Of a stretch of 64,000 nucleotides of DNA, positions 12,590 to 25,802 are shown in pieces. The first letter of the stretch is position 1. Each line of letters opens with the position of its first letter. The DNA is from Glaucostegus cemiculus (lineage: Eukaryota). The translations under genes and the position numbers were made by a program. The DNA is taken from assembly GCA_976551045.1 (NCBI GenBank), contig CDPCPM010000176.1, positions 7,750,001-7,814,000 on the forward strand. The letters are read 5' to 3'. The notes below the pieces were generated by a model, which was not told where the DNA came from, made no database searches, and saw nothing but the letters and a program-made list of their open reading frames with translations.

Positions 12590-12885
12590 CTCCTCACATT
12601 CTCATCAACTCCCCCCAGGTTTGACCGCTCACCTACACATGGGGGGGGGGGGCAACTTACAGTGGCAATTAAACCTCTACCGGCCTTTGGATGTGGGGAG
12701 GAAATCGGAGCACCTGGAGGAAACCCACACAGTCACAGGCAGGACATGCAAACTCCACGCAGAACATGCAAACTCCACGCAGAACATGCAAACTCCACGC
12801 AGACAGCACTGGAGGTCAGGATTGAACCTGGGTCTCTGGCAGTGTGAAGCAGCGGCTCTACCAGCTGTGTGACTGTACCGCCCTT
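12590..12885 (-). mobile_element. Second V-SINE-type family copy with internal 20-bp triplication
   Basis: tRNA-like head at 12820-12885; ACATGCAAACTCCACGCAGA x3 at 12744-12803; relatives near 22440(+), 22925(-), 38340(+). Confidence 0.8.
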
Positions 12886-12939
12886 ATAAATGGTTAACGA
12901 TATAGTAATTAACACTTTACTTCAAATTTATTTAATCGC

Positions 12940-13570
12940 TTAGAACACAGAACATACAGCACAGGAACAGGCCCTTTGGCCCATCTTGTCTGCATGGAAC
13001 ATGATGCTGGATTAAACTGAATCTCTTCTGCCTGTACATGGTCCATATCCCTCCATTCCCTGCAGGTTGATGCGTCTCACAGCCTCTGAAATGCCTCTAC
13101 AGTATCTGCTTCCACCACCCCTCCTGGCTGCCCGTTCCAGGCACCCACCACTCTCTGTGTAAAAAAAAACTTGCCCTGCACATCTCCATTAAACTTTCCC
13201 CCTCTCACCTTAAATGCATGTCTATTAGTACTTGACATTTCTTCCCTGGGATAAAGATTCTGACTATCTACTCTGTCTATGCCTCTCATCATTTTATAAA
13301 CCGCGATCAGGTCTCCCCTCAGCCTCCGATGCTCCAGAGAAAACAACCCAAGTTTGCCCAACCTCCCCTTGTAGCTAAAGCCCTCTAGTCCGGGCAGTAT
13401 CCTGGTGAACCTTTCCAAAGCCTCCACATCCTTCCTGTATTGGGGGCACCAGAAATGCAAACAGTACCCCAAATGCGACCTAATCTAAGTTATATACAGC
13501 TGCAACGTGACTTCCTTACTCTTCCACTCAGTGCCCTGACCAATGAAGGCAAGCATACTGTACGCCTTAT
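12940..13570 (-). mobile_element. CR1 LINE 3' fragment
   Basis: ORF 13077..13472 FWCPQYRKDVEALER...GLFSLEHRRLRGDLI...FFTQRVVGAWN. Confidence 0.9.
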
Positions 13571-13869
13571 TTACTTGCATGGCCACTTGAATTTAAATTA
13601 TTCCATTTCCATGGCAGTATTTGAACTCATGTTCAGATCAATAGTCCAGGTCAGGGAAAGTAGTCACCGGGACAACTGTGGGGGAATGGGATTGCTCTGA
13701 GAGAGTCTAGATTCAGTGGGCTGTATATGTTGTAATATCTCACATTTCTGTGGCATAAGGAAATATGAGATCTAAAATTTTAATTAAATCAAAGTGTTCT
13801 GACAGATTGGATAAGGGAGTGTTCAGAACATTACAGCCCGGATCCCTGTTGGGAATGGTTGATCATCAG

Positions 13870-14536
13870 TGAACACACACCAGTCCTCACTGAGGGGTCA
13901 GCGGTGGAAAGGGGGAGCAGCTTCAAGTTCCTGGGCATCAACATCTCAGAGGATCTATCCTGGGCCCAACACATTGATGCAATCATGAAGAAGGCACACC
14001 AGCGCCTCTACTTCATTAGGAGTTTGAGGAGATTTGGTATGTCACCAAAGAATCTTGCAAATTCCTACAGATGTACAGTGGAGAGCATTCTGACTGGCTG
14101 CATCACCGCCTGGTATGGAGGCTCCAATGTGCAGGATCGAAAGAGGCTGCAGAGGGTTGTAGACTCAGCCAGCTCCGTCACGGGCACAACCCTCCCCACC
14201 ATCGAGACATCTTCAAGAGGAGATACTTCAAGAAAGCCACATCCATCACTAAGGACCCTTGCCATCTGGGACATGCCCTCTTCTCATTACTACTATTGGG
14301 GAGGAGGTACAGGAGCCTGAAGACCCACACTCAACAATTCAGAAACAGCTTCTTCCCCTCCGCCATCAGATTTCTGAACGGTCCATGAACCCATGAGCAC
14401 TACCTCGTTATTCCTCTTTTGCACTGTTTATTTATGTTTGCAATTTATAGCAATTTTTGTGTCTTGCGCTGTACTACTGCCGCAAAACAAGAAATTTCAC
14501 AACGTACATCAGTGATAATAAACCTGATTCTGATTC
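13870..14536 (+). mobile_element. Rex1/Babar-like LINE 3' fragment
   Basis: SFKFLGINISEDLSW...KKAHQRLYFIRSLRRFG, frameshifted; AATAAACCTGATTCTGATTC tail. Confidence 0.9.
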
Positions 14537-15009
14537 GAGAACGGCCAGAGAGTACACACTGAAAAAGTGAGACAGGGATTGTTGCTGCCTGCTTCAATCA
14601 TTGATCAGAGGCCCAAGTCACAGAGGGCATTCACATCTTCTGGAACGGAGGTTGCTCCCAAGGCCTGGGGTGGATGCACTGGGGAGACAGAGCAGCTTCG
14701 GTCAGTTGCTTGGACACAAGGAAACAATCTGTTGTTCCTTTAACTCACTGGGGCTTTTAGAAGGAAGGTGCTTCCCCCCAGAGGCAGTCAGTTGATACTG
14801 CAGCTAAATGGCCACTGACACAATTAAACCTAAATATTTTTAAAAATCTAATTTATATAAACTTCTAAGGCATCAGTGTTTTTTTTTCATTTCTCTTATG
14901 TGCAATGCTAATCTGTTCAAGAAAACTTCAATTCTTCTGGTTAGTGAGACAACTTCCATAAAAATAATGACTAAATTAACCAGTGCTTTGGTCAATTCAT
15001 TGACACACT

Positions 15010-15015
15010 TTTATT
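15010..15015 (-). terminator. Candidate polyadenylation signal of the secreted-protein gene
   Basis: AATAAA on minus about 450 nt past the stop codon, followed by GTGTGT. Confidence 0.45.
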
Positions 15016-15029
15016 AATTTTATAATCCA

Positions 15030-15365
15030 ACAGGAAACTCAGCAATGTAATACAGCAGGAAACTAGGCACTGGAATACAGGGTAACATTCAAGATTGTAA
15101 TGCAGGAGAAATCTCAGCGTTAGACTGCAGAGAAAGGATATATATACTGTTATAATACAGGAGAAAGACAAGGGGAAAGTTTGGTATTCTAAACAGGATG
15201 AAGCTCAGGACTGTAACATTGGGTGAAGCTCAAGAATATAGTTCAGGGTAAAGCTCAGGAATGTAATACAGCGTGAAGCTCTGAGTCGTAATATAAGGTG
15301 ACATTCAGGACTGTAATATGATGAAGCTCTGAGTCATTACACAGGGTGAATCAGCATTGTAACAT
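15030..15365. repeat. Degenerate about 25-bp minisatellite
   Basis: Approximate unit CAGGGTGAAGCTCAGGACTGTAATA, roughly a dozen diverged copies. Confidence 0.7.
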
Positions 15366-15466
15366 ATGGTTGTGACATGTTCTTGATCTTTGCAGCTTTC
15401 AGTGGATTCTGAGTAATTATGATACAGAATGCCTAGATCCCCACATTGCAGTGTTGGACGGGAGGA

Positions 15467-15642
15467 TTAATCTCCACACAATAAGCATGTGTTTTTACTC
15501 TTGATTTTTCCATGGAGTTTTTCCTTGAGCTCCCTTTCAAAGGTTGAAGTTATGTCAGTCTCATGGCTGTAGTTGTACAGTGCATCTTGACAGCGCTCAG
15601 GGAAGTAGTGAGATGGGTGTGCGCTCACTGCTGTAGGGTGTT
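15467..15642 (-). CDS. Uncharacterised secreted Cys-rich protein, last exon 6
   Basis: 176 nt incl. TAA, ttcgcag/; (E)HPTAVSAHPSHYFPERCQDALYNYSHETDITSTFERELKEKLHGKIKSKNTCLLCGD*; frame agrees with ORF 15467..15685. Confidence 0.85.
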
Positions 15643-16083
15643 CTGCGAACGGAACAGATGGATTTATGAACTGAAGTGAGCCCATTGTTCTGTGGTTTCA
15701 CTGTCCGGAAGACTTCAACAACAGTCAGTCAACATGTGCACTGAACTACGCACTGGCTCTCCATGTTAGTGAATCAACCTGTCTCCACGACCTCCAGTGT
15801 ATCCTGGATCCCAGCTCCCTCTGCGTGAACAATTTATTTTTCACATCCCCTCTAAAACTCTTACCCCTTACCCAAAATTTACACCCTCTGGTTTTAGACA
15901 TGGGGAAAACTTCCCTGCTAGTGATCCTCATAATTCTGTACACCTCAATCAGGGCACCTCCTCAGGAAAACAGGCCCAGCCTCTCCATCCAGCTCCCTCC
16001 CACATGTCCGGTGTCCCTGGGAATATCCCTCAGTGACATCTTCAGTCCAAATCCTCTACAGAAAGTGAGTCTGGGGGACCCAC

Positions 16084-16198
16084 CTGTGCAGACAGCCAGC
16101 TGATTCCCTCTAATGTACTGAGTGGTCCATTTATAGTCTGTTGCTTCTCCACAACTCTCATATGGCCGACTCAGCCTGAGGAACTGGAAGTCAAAACC
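16084..16198 (-). CDS. Uncharacterised secreted Cys-rich protein, exon 5 (second half of sushi/CCP-like domain)
   Basis: 115 nt, tgcacag/ ... CAG/gtgggt; phase 0 to 1; GFDFQFLRLSRPYESCGEATDYKWTTQYIRGNQLAVCT. Confidence 0.88.
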
Positions 16199-16432
16199 CT
16201 GTGCAGAGTAAAGTGACAGATTAGTGATGGTTTATCTCCACATGAAGAAACCTCGCCCTCTACAACGTACTCAGGTACTGAGTGCTCTCAGAGTCCAGCT
16301 CACAAGTCAAGGGTATGGAACACAATGTCAAGGATCTCCAAGGTAACGCACATCTCATACATTCAGCATCAGGATCTCCCAGGCACCTCATTACTCTTCC
16401 TCATTGTGACTGGCAGGTAATTAATATGGAAG

Positions 16433-16706
16433 GGTGTGTGTGTATGCACGTGTATGCGTATGTATGTATTTGTGTGGATGTGTATATGTGTGCGTGTGTA
16501 TGTGCATGCGTGTGCATATGTGTGCATGTGCGTGTCTGTATGTGTCTGCGCGTGTATGTGTGTGCATGTGTGCATGTGTGTGTATGTGTGTTCATGCATG
16601 GGTATGTGTCTGTGTGCAGACATGTGCATGTGCATCCCATCCATGTGTATGTGTCTATGTATATATGTAATAGGCACACAGCTGTGTAAGTGCAGACATG
16701 TGTGTT
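16433..16706. repeat. Degenerate (TG)n/(TGCA)/(TGTA) microsatellite
   Basis: Visible alternating purine-pyrimidine tract; source of the spurious C/V and H/T ORFs. Confidence 0.95.
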
Positions 16707-18394
16707 GATTGTGAAGAGCAGTGGGGTTAATTAGTCCCAGACGATGAATTGTCCATCAGCCACTGTCTCTGTAACAGATAATGTGGCCACCAGCACATTG
16801 CTGTTTGGGACCCTTGGTGTGAGCAGGTTGCTGCTACGTTTCCCATGTTGTAACAGTGCCCACGTTTCCAAAGTACTTTCACTGAGTTCATGTACAATAC
16901 TGTAAAAGCCTGACGTTTCACCTGACCACACATACCTGGGTGGTTATACCTCCCTGTTTGTTTGATTACTATGTATGTATGTACATGCCTTTGACAGTCT
17001 CACAATCCCAGCAGCAACGAAACTCATCTCACCAATTCTTTCCTTGATCTTGTGACCACGTTACGCTTCTGAAGCAACACTAGTTACGAATCAGTAACAC
17101 CAGTCAACTGGACATCGGGGAGGCTAAACCCTCCATCTCATCCCCATCATCACAAATACCTCGGTCCTTCCAGCAGTGTGCTCATTACAGCAGAAATTCG
17201 AATGGTGTACCACTTCAATACTGCACCTGTCCAAGTAGTGTACCACTTCCCTTGGCTGAGGAGCCAAGAACCAGGGGCCACATCTCAGAGTAAAGGGTTG
17301 GCCATTTAGAATCAAACTGAGGTGAAGTTTCTTCCCTTAGATGGTGGTGATTCTTTAGAATTCTCTACCCTGGGAGGCTGATGAGGTTCGCTCACTGAGA
17401 TGGTTTAGAACAGAGATGGATTAAGTCCTTGATATTAAGGGAATGGGTGGATATGGGGATGGGCCATAAACTATAAATACAGGAGCAGAATCAGGCCACT
17501 CGGCCCATCAAGTCTGCTCCACCATTCAATCATGGCTCTTCTTTTAACTCCATTCTCCCACCTTCCCCTTGTAACCCTTAACCTCCCCCCTTACCAATCA
17601 AGAGTCTATCAATCCCTGCCTTAAATACATACCTTAATCATGCTAAAAAATGGTGGAAGATAGCTATGGTCTTGATGTATGGTGGAGCAGGCTTCAAGGG
17701 TCCAATGACCTTCTCCTGCTTCTATTTCTTAGGTTATGTTCTTCCTTGCTATGTCAGACACAGCCCTCCATAGAGTTATGCAGCAAGGAAGCAGGCCCTT
17801 TGGCCCAACTCATCCATGCTGACCGAGCCAGTCCCACTTGCCCGCGTTTAGCCCATATCCCTCGAAACCTTTCCTATCCACGGACCTGTCCGAATGTCGT
17901 AACCGTACCCGTCACTACCACTTCCTCTGGCAGGGGCACAAGGTGTGATTCTCCACAAAGCCCACTTTGATGTAAGGCTGTCCTTCAAGAGATACTCATG
18001 TCATTGACTGGGTACGGGGTAAAGCTGCCTGCCTGGTGTCTTTGAGTAAAGAGGGGAGAAGGAGATCAAGGTTTGAAGGAGAGCTTGGGACGAAAGGTTT
18101 GTATGTCTCAATGAGATCACCTGTTTTTCTGTGTTCTAGAGGACACAGGCCTAGTCTATTCAACTTCTCACCTCTCTCTCCCTCTCCACTTTCACTCAAC
18201 TGTGGAAAGGGGGAATCAACAAGTATCCCCCTCACTGACTAATTCAAAGAACGATTCCGCTGGGCAAGTCTGCATCTGTGAACGTCAGGAGACCTCACGT
18301 TCCAAATCCTCAATCATTTATTCCGATTTGTGGTTAGGCGGAAACAAGCTTCAAGCCCACCAGTTGGGGTGTGATGCAACGGTGTGTGCTCTGA

Positions 18395-18466
18395 CCTGAG
18401 GGAGGCAGAGGTAGCTGTGGGGAGCACATGCTCTCCTGAGGGAGGCAGAGGTAGCTGTGGGGCACA
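18395..18466. repeat. About 40-bp tandem duplication
   Basis: CCTGAGGGAGGCAGAGGTAGCTGTGGGG occurs twice in tandem. Confidence 0.85.
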
Positions 18467-18631
18467 GGGAAATGGAGATCCAGGTGGGAGCACAGCCGTG
18501 GACCGATCATACAATCCTCGATTTTCTCTCAGTTTTTCCTGCTGCTGTCTTTACTAATGGTGCAGGTGAGAGAGGGATGAAGGTCGAGAGCACTCACTGA
18601 GGCAGCTGAAGTTCCGGCATGGATTCCCTAC

Positions 18632-18744
18632 CTTGTTACACATCGGCTTGCAATAGCGGGTCTTGTTCAGGGTGAGACACACCAGGCCACCGCCAGTGGG
18701 AACAATGGGCAGGCTGCAGTTCCTGGGGTTGACACTCTGACAAC
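18632..18744 (-). CDS. Uncharacterised secreted Cys-rich protein, exon 4 (first half of sushi/CCP-like domain)
   Basis: 113 nt, tttaaag/ ... AAG/gtaggg; phase 1 to 0; (G)CQSVNPRNCSLPIVPTGGGLVCLTLNKTRYCKPMCNK. Confidence 0.88.
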
Positions 18745-18809
18745 CTTTAAAGAAATCACAAGTATTGCATTTGCAAACTTAGAAAGGACAAGAGATTCTG
18801 CACCGAGTT

Positions 18810-19776
18810 AGTCAAACTCCAATAATCGGACTGTCTGGAAATTCCGATAGTTTGGGGTTTGGCTCACCAGGACCCCAGCTCGAATGCTCCCTTCAATCTC
18901 ACCAGGTTCCCAGTTCCTGTGCTCCTATTAATCTCATGGGACATTGGTTCCCGCACTCCCTTTAAACCCACTGGGCCCCATTTCCTTCACTCCCTTTAAT
19001 CCCACTGCAGCCCCACTTCCTTTTTCTTATATTCATTCATGGGCTGTGGGCTTCGCAGGCTGAGCCAACATTTAATTGCCCGTTCCTAGTTGGCCCTGGA
19101 GAAGGTGGTGATGAGCTGCCTTCTTGAACGGCTGTAGTCCCTGAGGTGTGGGTGTACCCACAGTGCTGTTAGGGAGGGAGCTCCAGGACTCTGACCCAGT
19201 GGCACTGAGACACTTACAAGTCAGGAAATATTAGTTCCTGCACTCCCTTTAATCCCTGGTTCCCTCCTCCCTTTGCTTTCCCTGCGGCCCTGATTCCTAC
19301 ACTCCCTTTAGATAAGATAAGATCTTTATTAGTCACACGTACATCGAAACACACAGGGAAATGCATCTTTTGCGTAATGATTTTTGGGGGGCAGCCCGCA
19401 AGTGTCACCACACTTCCGGCACCAACATAGCATGTCCACAACCTCCTAACCAGTATGTCTTTGGAACGTGGGAGGAAACTGGAGCACCCGGAGGAAACCC
19501 ACACAGACATGGGGAGAACGTACAAACTCCTTACAGGCAGCGGCCGGATTTGACCCCAGGTCGCTGGTGCTGTAAAGTGTTACGCTAACCATTACACCAC
19601 CATGCCTGAGATTCAAGAGTTTCACTGGAAAATTTATTATATTTGTGTAACATTTAAAAAAGAGTGAATTAAAAGTGGTTTAGGGTATTAATCAGTGTAA
19701 TATCCAAAGTTCTGGAAAACCTGTCAGTTCTAGAACCACCAATTCTCAGAGGGTGTCGGATTATCGGAATTGCTCT
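18810..19776. mobile_element. Putative non-autonomous DNA transposon (Tigger/pogo-like MITE) with nested LINE fragment and SINE
   Basis: Imperfect inverted ends AGTCAAACTCCAATAATCGGA ... TCGGATTATCGGAATTGCTCT; internal repeats of GCACTCCCTTTAA. Confidence 0.4.
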
Positions 19777-19829
19777 GTGTTGTGCCACTGTAGAAGTAGC
19801 TTCAAGATAAGTGTGTCAAAATACAAATC

Positions 19830-20900
19830 AAAGAGCAAAAAAACTGCAGGTGCTGGAAATTCAAAATGAACTCAGGGAATGCTAGAAGTTCTCAGCAGGT
19901 CAGGCAGCACCCGTGGGGAGAGAACTACAGTTAATATTTTGGGCCGGGGATCCTTTCACCAGATTAGAAAAAAAATGAGAAGAGTGTGAAACAGTCACGA
20001 AGGGAGAAGAGAACTGAGGGGATATCAGTGACAGGGGGCAGACCAAAGTTGTTGAAGTAACGGTTACCTTATAAACTAGTTGTTAGAACAAAATGATATG
20101 GAAACAATCTGAGACTTAACAATTTGAGATCAAAGTACATCCACATCAGTGGAGTAAAGGGGGCTTACCTGAAATTATTAACCTCAGTGTTAAGGTCCAA
20201 GGGATGTAACGTGCCTAGTTGGAAGATGTGTCCCGTTCCTTGAGCTTATGCTGGAACAATATGGGAAGTTGGAGGGGTCGTATTGGGAATGGGACAGAGA
20301 ATTAAAGTAAGGACGATTGGAAACTTAGGGTCCTCCTTGTGAATGAGGATGTTCTGCAAAGTGGTCACCTAATCCGTGCCTGGTTTTTCCAATGTAGAGG
20401 GGACCATATTGTGAGCTCTGGACTGTGGAGATGGAAGAAGTAAAGGGCAGGTCTACCACCTCCCTCAGGGAAAGTGGTGTGAGACAGGGAGTGGTTGGCG
20501 AAGATAGAGCAGGGAGGTGAAGAGGGAAGAGGCAGTTCGGAATGTCGAAAGGGGAGGAGAGGAGAAGGTGCATCTGATGATGGAATCTCGTTGGAGATGA
20601 TGGAAATTATGGGGTTCAATGTGGAGGCTGGTGGGCTGGGAAGTGAAGATAAAGGCAAACCTATCTGTGTCCTAGCTGGGGGGAGAGGGGTTGAGAGCAG
20701 AAGTGCAGGAGGTAGAGATGATAAGATGAAGAGCCCTGTCAGCGATGGTGGAGGGGAAGCCATGGTTAAGGGGAAAGGAAGACACTGGTGCGCAGTCTCA
20801 TCAGAGCAGATACAGCACAGAGACCGGGAGGATGGAATGGAGTCTTTACGGGAAGTGGATTGCAGGCGGTGTGTTCGAGAAAGCAATGGGAGTCTGTGGG
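19830..20900 (-). mobile_element. Penelope-like retroelement remnant (GIY-YIG endonuclease region)
   Basis: LYIGKTRHGLGDHFAEH (ORF 20325..20573) and KDSIP...CCICSDE (ORF 20365..21009), followed by the terminal repeat. Confidence 0.8.
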
Positions 20901-21484
20901 CTTCTGATGATGCTCTCACTGGTGTGATCTGGCCTATTGCATCCTCTTTCTCACAGAGGCCTCCAGATTCCCAGATTTCCAGAATGAAGAGAAGTTTGGA
21001 TAGGTACATGGATGGGAAGGGTTTGGAGGGATATGGTCTGGGTGCAGGTAGATGGAACTAGGCAGAAGATCAGGTTGGCATGGACTAGATGGGCCAAAGG
21101 GCCTGTTTCCCTGCTACAGTGCTTTATATGACTCTATTCCACGGCCTGGTTGACTAAGGTGAAGGATTTTGCAATCAGAACAATCTACTTTGTACCTGAC
21201 TGCATGAACGATTCTGTCTGATTTGAAGCGATCTGTAAAGTGAGGCAGAGAGGAGGGGTTGGAGCTGACAGCTTTCACCGAAACAGCCGTGACCCTCACT
21301 GTACGGAGAGAGTGATGGGAGCAGTTCCTGGTCTAATCTTACACTGGATTCACTCCTGCATCAGTCGGCTCTCGGACCATTCCAGCTTAAAAGCAGAACA
21401 TTTCCCTATTTGGATAATGCGGAGATGGAGATCTCATGAAGTTACTGCACTGGCAGTAATGCCTCTCACCTTATTGGTTGGTTT

Positions 21485-22045
21485 AGAACCATAGAACAAT
21501 ACAGCACAAAACAGGCTCTTCAGCCCACCAAGTTGTGCCGTCCTTCAAACGTCTCACAATCTAACTCTTTCCTCCCACATATCCTACTATTCCACATTCT
21601 TCCATGTGCCTATCCAACAATCTCTTGAACCTGTCCAACGTGTCTGCCTCTACTACCACCCCAGGCAGCACATTCCATGCGCCACCCACTCTCTGGGTGA
21701 AAAGCTTCCCTCTGACATCTCCCCTAAACTTTCCACCCAATATCTTAAAGCCATGCCCTCTTGTCTTGTGCATCTGCGCTCTGGGAAAGAGGCGCTGGCT
21801 GTCAACACTATCTATTCCTCTCAATATCTTATACACCTCTATCAAGTCTCCTCTCATCCTCCTCCTCTCCAACGAGTAGAGCCCTAGCACCTTAAAGCCT
21901 CTCCTCATATTCCATACCCTCTAATCCAGGCATCATCCTGGTAAATCGCCTCTGCACCCTCTCCAACACCTCCACATCCTTCCTACAATGCGGCGACCAG
22001 AACTGAATGCAATATTCTAAGTGCGGCCTAACTAGAGTTTTGTAA
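21485..22045 (-). mobile_element. CR1 LINE 3' fragment
   Basis: ORF 21561..21908 LGLYSLERRRMRGDLIEVYKILRG...TRGHGFK. Confidence 0.9.
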
Positions 22046-22283
22046 ATACAAAGATGAGAACCACAGAACGTTGTCCCTCATGCCAAGCTCAACCCACGTC
22101 CCATTAAGCTGCTGTTCCAAAAGGACATTGGGTGCTCTGGCTTAAATTTATCAGAGAAACAAAACACAAAGAGGGGCCCATCCCAACCGGATGCAACAAG
22201 GAATGAGGGACGCAGGTGCAGGTGCAATGGGCTGGATCACCAGGGTTCGGACACTGGAATTTCATGGAAGTAAAGGTTGGTAC

Positions 22284-22398
22284 CTTTTCTACGGATGGAC
22301 CTCAGGTTGTCAGCAGCGGTCTGCAACAGCCTGTAGAGTTCACTGTGCTGTGCGGGCTCCAGCCCCTTGATGAACTGGTTAGTACAGTTGATGAATGA
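22284..22398 (-). CDS. Uncharacterised secreted Cys-rich protein, exon 3
   Basis: 115 nt, gtttctcgttccctctacag/ ... AAG/gtacca; phase 0 to 1; SFINCTNQFIKGLEPAQHSELYRLLQTAADNLRSIRRK. Confidence 0.8.
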
Positions 22399-24074
22399 CT
22401 GTAGAGGGAACGAGAAACAATGTCAGATGTAGGATGTAGGTGTAGAGCCTCCGCCTCACAGATCCAGAGACCTGAGTTTGAACCTGACCTCGGGAGCTGT
22501 CTGCGTGGAGTTTGCACGTTCTCCCTGTGACTGTGTGCGTTTCCGCCAGTTGTTCTGGCTTTCTCCAACATCCCAATGATGTGTGGGTTGGTAGGTTAAT
22601 TGGCCGCTGTAAATTGCATGTAAATGAGAGAATATGGGGGGAGTTGATGAGAATGTGGAGAGAATAAAAAAATGGGATCAATGTCGGATTAGTGTAAATG
22701 GGTGGTGGATGGTCAGCATGGAGTCAGTGGGCTGAAGGGCCTTTTTCCATGCTGTAACTCGCTGTGACCATGAGCTCTGCCAATGTACTTGGATGCGCCT
22801 CTTCTCGGTCCCTGTCTGAACAAGGGATCTATTCATTGAGTCATACAGCCCAGAAACAGGCCCTTTAACCCACCCAGTCCATGCCAGCCATAAACCACCC
22901 AGTCACACAAATTCTACATTAATCACAGGGAGAACGTGCGAGCTCCACACAGACCGCACCGGAGGTCGGGATTGAACCCGAGTCTCTGACGCAGAGGGGC
23001 AGCGGCTCAACCAGCTGTGCCACTGTGCTGCCCATTTTGTCCAGGTAATGCTGCAGAGAATGGATCAACTCATCTGTGCAGAGATTGAGAGACAAGCTTC
23101 TTTAATGTGACATCTGATATTTAGATATTTACTTATTGGTTACATGTACATTGAAATGCCCAGTCAAATGTGTCTTTTTGCATTGCTAAGAATGTGCTGG
23201 GGGAAGCCTGCTAGTGTCGCCACGCTTCCAGCGCCAACATAGCATGCCCACAGCTCCGAACCTGTATGTCTTTGGAATGTGGGAGGAGACCCAAGCAGAC
23301 GCGGGGAGAACATACAAACTCCTTACAGGCAGCAGCAGGAATTGAACCCAGGTCACTGGCGCTGTAATAGCGTTACATTAACTGCTATGCTATCGTGCCG
23401 CCCCAATACATTATGGAGGTTACATGAAAGTGGGAGTTGCACCAAATTAAACAGCACCAGAGGGTAGCGCCAGGAGGAATTTTTTTGGACTGCACAGGTT
23501 TGCATATTTGCTCAGCTGGCAAAATGACAACTTTACTATACCTCTACGGGTCACTAGTTATTAACCGCGGTGACTGAATTGCACAAAGAGTGGACGTGCT
23601 AAGGCTCCATCCCAATGGATTGTGGCACTGGAGAAATATAGTCTCATATTGTCCGGGATGGGATGTTCTTATTGGGGGTGGACTATATCCTATTCATATC
23701 ATCAGAGGAATGCAGCAACAAGTGGAGGCCATTCAGCCCCTCAACAGCATTCCATCAGTTAGATCAAGCCTGACCAATATTTTAACCATTAAACCTCCTT
23801 GTTGATTCTGAAAATCATTGCCTGGGAAATCTATTGATCTCAGTTTTCAATATTGTCATTGAGGCTGAACCAGAGCAGCAGAGAGACTCTATGGATCCTT
23901 GGATGTTCTCTGACATCATTTCTGAATGGATGAGTTCAAGGTTTAAGGTTGTGCCCCTGTCCATTGACCACCACTGCTCATCTCTCTATGCTGAGATGCT
24001 TCCACACTGTGGGCTGAGAACTTGGTGACTTCAGCCAACTTTACTTCTTCCCCTCCCGGGCTCCTGTTACCAGG

Positions 24075-24930
24075 TGTATGGGGATGGAATCCATGATGGT
24101 AAAGGACTCGCTGGCAAATGCCACGGAACGGTTGTGAACAACAGGGGGAAGGTTTCAGGAGTTTCAACAATTTCAGGAGGGTCCTGTGCAGGGGTATGGG
24201 GCATTGTGGTTGTTCCCGGAAATGGTTCGTGTGGGTCTTGGGGGTATTAAGAATTCTGGACACCGTTTGGTTTACTAACAAAGAGAACTTTATTATAAGC
24301 TACAGACGCAGAACGCAGGGCAGGATGGACGGGAACGGGGGTACATTCACTCACACACACACTTGGATACCCGCGAGACACGAGAGAGGGATCGCAACAG
24401 GGGTAAAATAAACACACACACACACGCTGATGCATACAGGTAATCAGTAACAGTATACTACTTCAGACTATAACACTACAGTGCTGGGCCCACCCTAGCA
24501 CTGGCTCTAACACTACCCGGAGTTTGAGTGGAACACTCCTTGACCATGTGGCGATGCACTCTTACCAAAGGTTTCTGTAGTGTTACCTCACTACTCCCAG
24601 GTCGTAGAAAGAGGAAGAGCTGGGGTCTCAGTCCTTTTTATGGTGCTGGAAGGCTGGGTGGAGCCTTACTGTTACCATTTGAAAGAGCCAATAGTGGAAA
24701 GGTCAAGGACAAAAGCCTCTGCCACAGCCAATGGTCAAGGGAGGTCAAAGACAAAAGAACTGGTTAGACAGGTTTAGGGTCAAGGGATACTCTCCCACCT
24801 GAGGGGTGGGTGGAGCTGCACCTTGATTGACAGGAGGATGACTTCCGATTAGAAGGAGCAATACTGTCTTCCGGTCAGCGGGGGTCGGGGGGTCACTGCT
24901 GTCACGTGACAGTCATGTTGATTTCTCACA
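24075..24930 (-). mobile_element. Possible solo LTR
   Basis: TG...CA ends, CCAAT motifs, minus-strand CATAAAA (about 24640) and AATAAA (about 24290); no clear target-site duplication found. Confidence 0.4.
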
Positions 24931-25802
24931 ACAGTGGTGGAAGAATTTGGGAAAAAATCCATGTAGAGCTGCTCAGGCCTCTGTACATTCTGGTTCCACT
25001 TTGTCCGCTCTCTTATCCCGATGGAAAAGTCATAACTGCTTCTCCTCAAGGTCTGGATAATCTCCAGTCAGGGTCACTGAGCACATCAGACTCTGATCAG
25101 CATTTCCACTGGAGTGGTACTAACAACATGGGAATTGTAGAGAATTTCTGTGGTTTGGAATGGACTGTCTGAGACTGTGATGGTTCCGTTCAAAAAGGAA
25201 GTCAATATGTTCTTGAAAAATTAATTGTAGGGATACAGGGAAAGAGGCAGGACATGGGGCCAACAAGTTTGCTCTTGCAAAACACTGGCGTAGCCTTTGG
25301 TGGGCTGAATGGCTTCTGCTGTGCAGGAGCAATTCCTGGGCTCTGTGGCCTTGCCTGGCATTCACTGCCGATCCTTAAATGTCCTTGAAAAGTCTGGAAT
25401 GAGCTGACTCCGTGAAGCACCCCAGTCCCGGTGAAGGTGCTCATGAAGTTCTGCTGGGAGGTCAGCTTCAGGATTTAGACTCAGAATTCAGATCTTTTGT
25501 TTCATTTATTCAAGGGGTGTGAGCTTCGCGGGCTGAGCCAGTATTTAATTGCACATCCTTTCAGAAGGTGGTGGTGAGCTGCCTTCTTGAACCGTACAGT
25601 CCTTGAGGTGTGGGGGGTACCCACAGAGTTGTGAGGGAGGGAGTTCCAGGATTTTGACCCAGTGACAGTGAAGGAACAGTGCTATATTTCCAGGTCAGGA
25701 TGGTGTGTGGCTTGGAGGGCAGCTTCCAGGGGATGGTGTTCCCCATGGTTTTGCTGCCCTTGTCCTTCTAGTCGGTAGAGGTGGTGGCTTTGGAAGGGAA
25801 GA

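Noticed and set aside
16282-16708. Cys/Val- and His/Thr-rich ORFs (also 53271-53633, 63595-63957)
   Set aside because: Translations of TG/CA microsatellites and N gaps
20365-21061. Long overlapping ORFs of 214 and 188 aa as host genes
   Set aside because: Frameshifted Penelope and CR1 remnants
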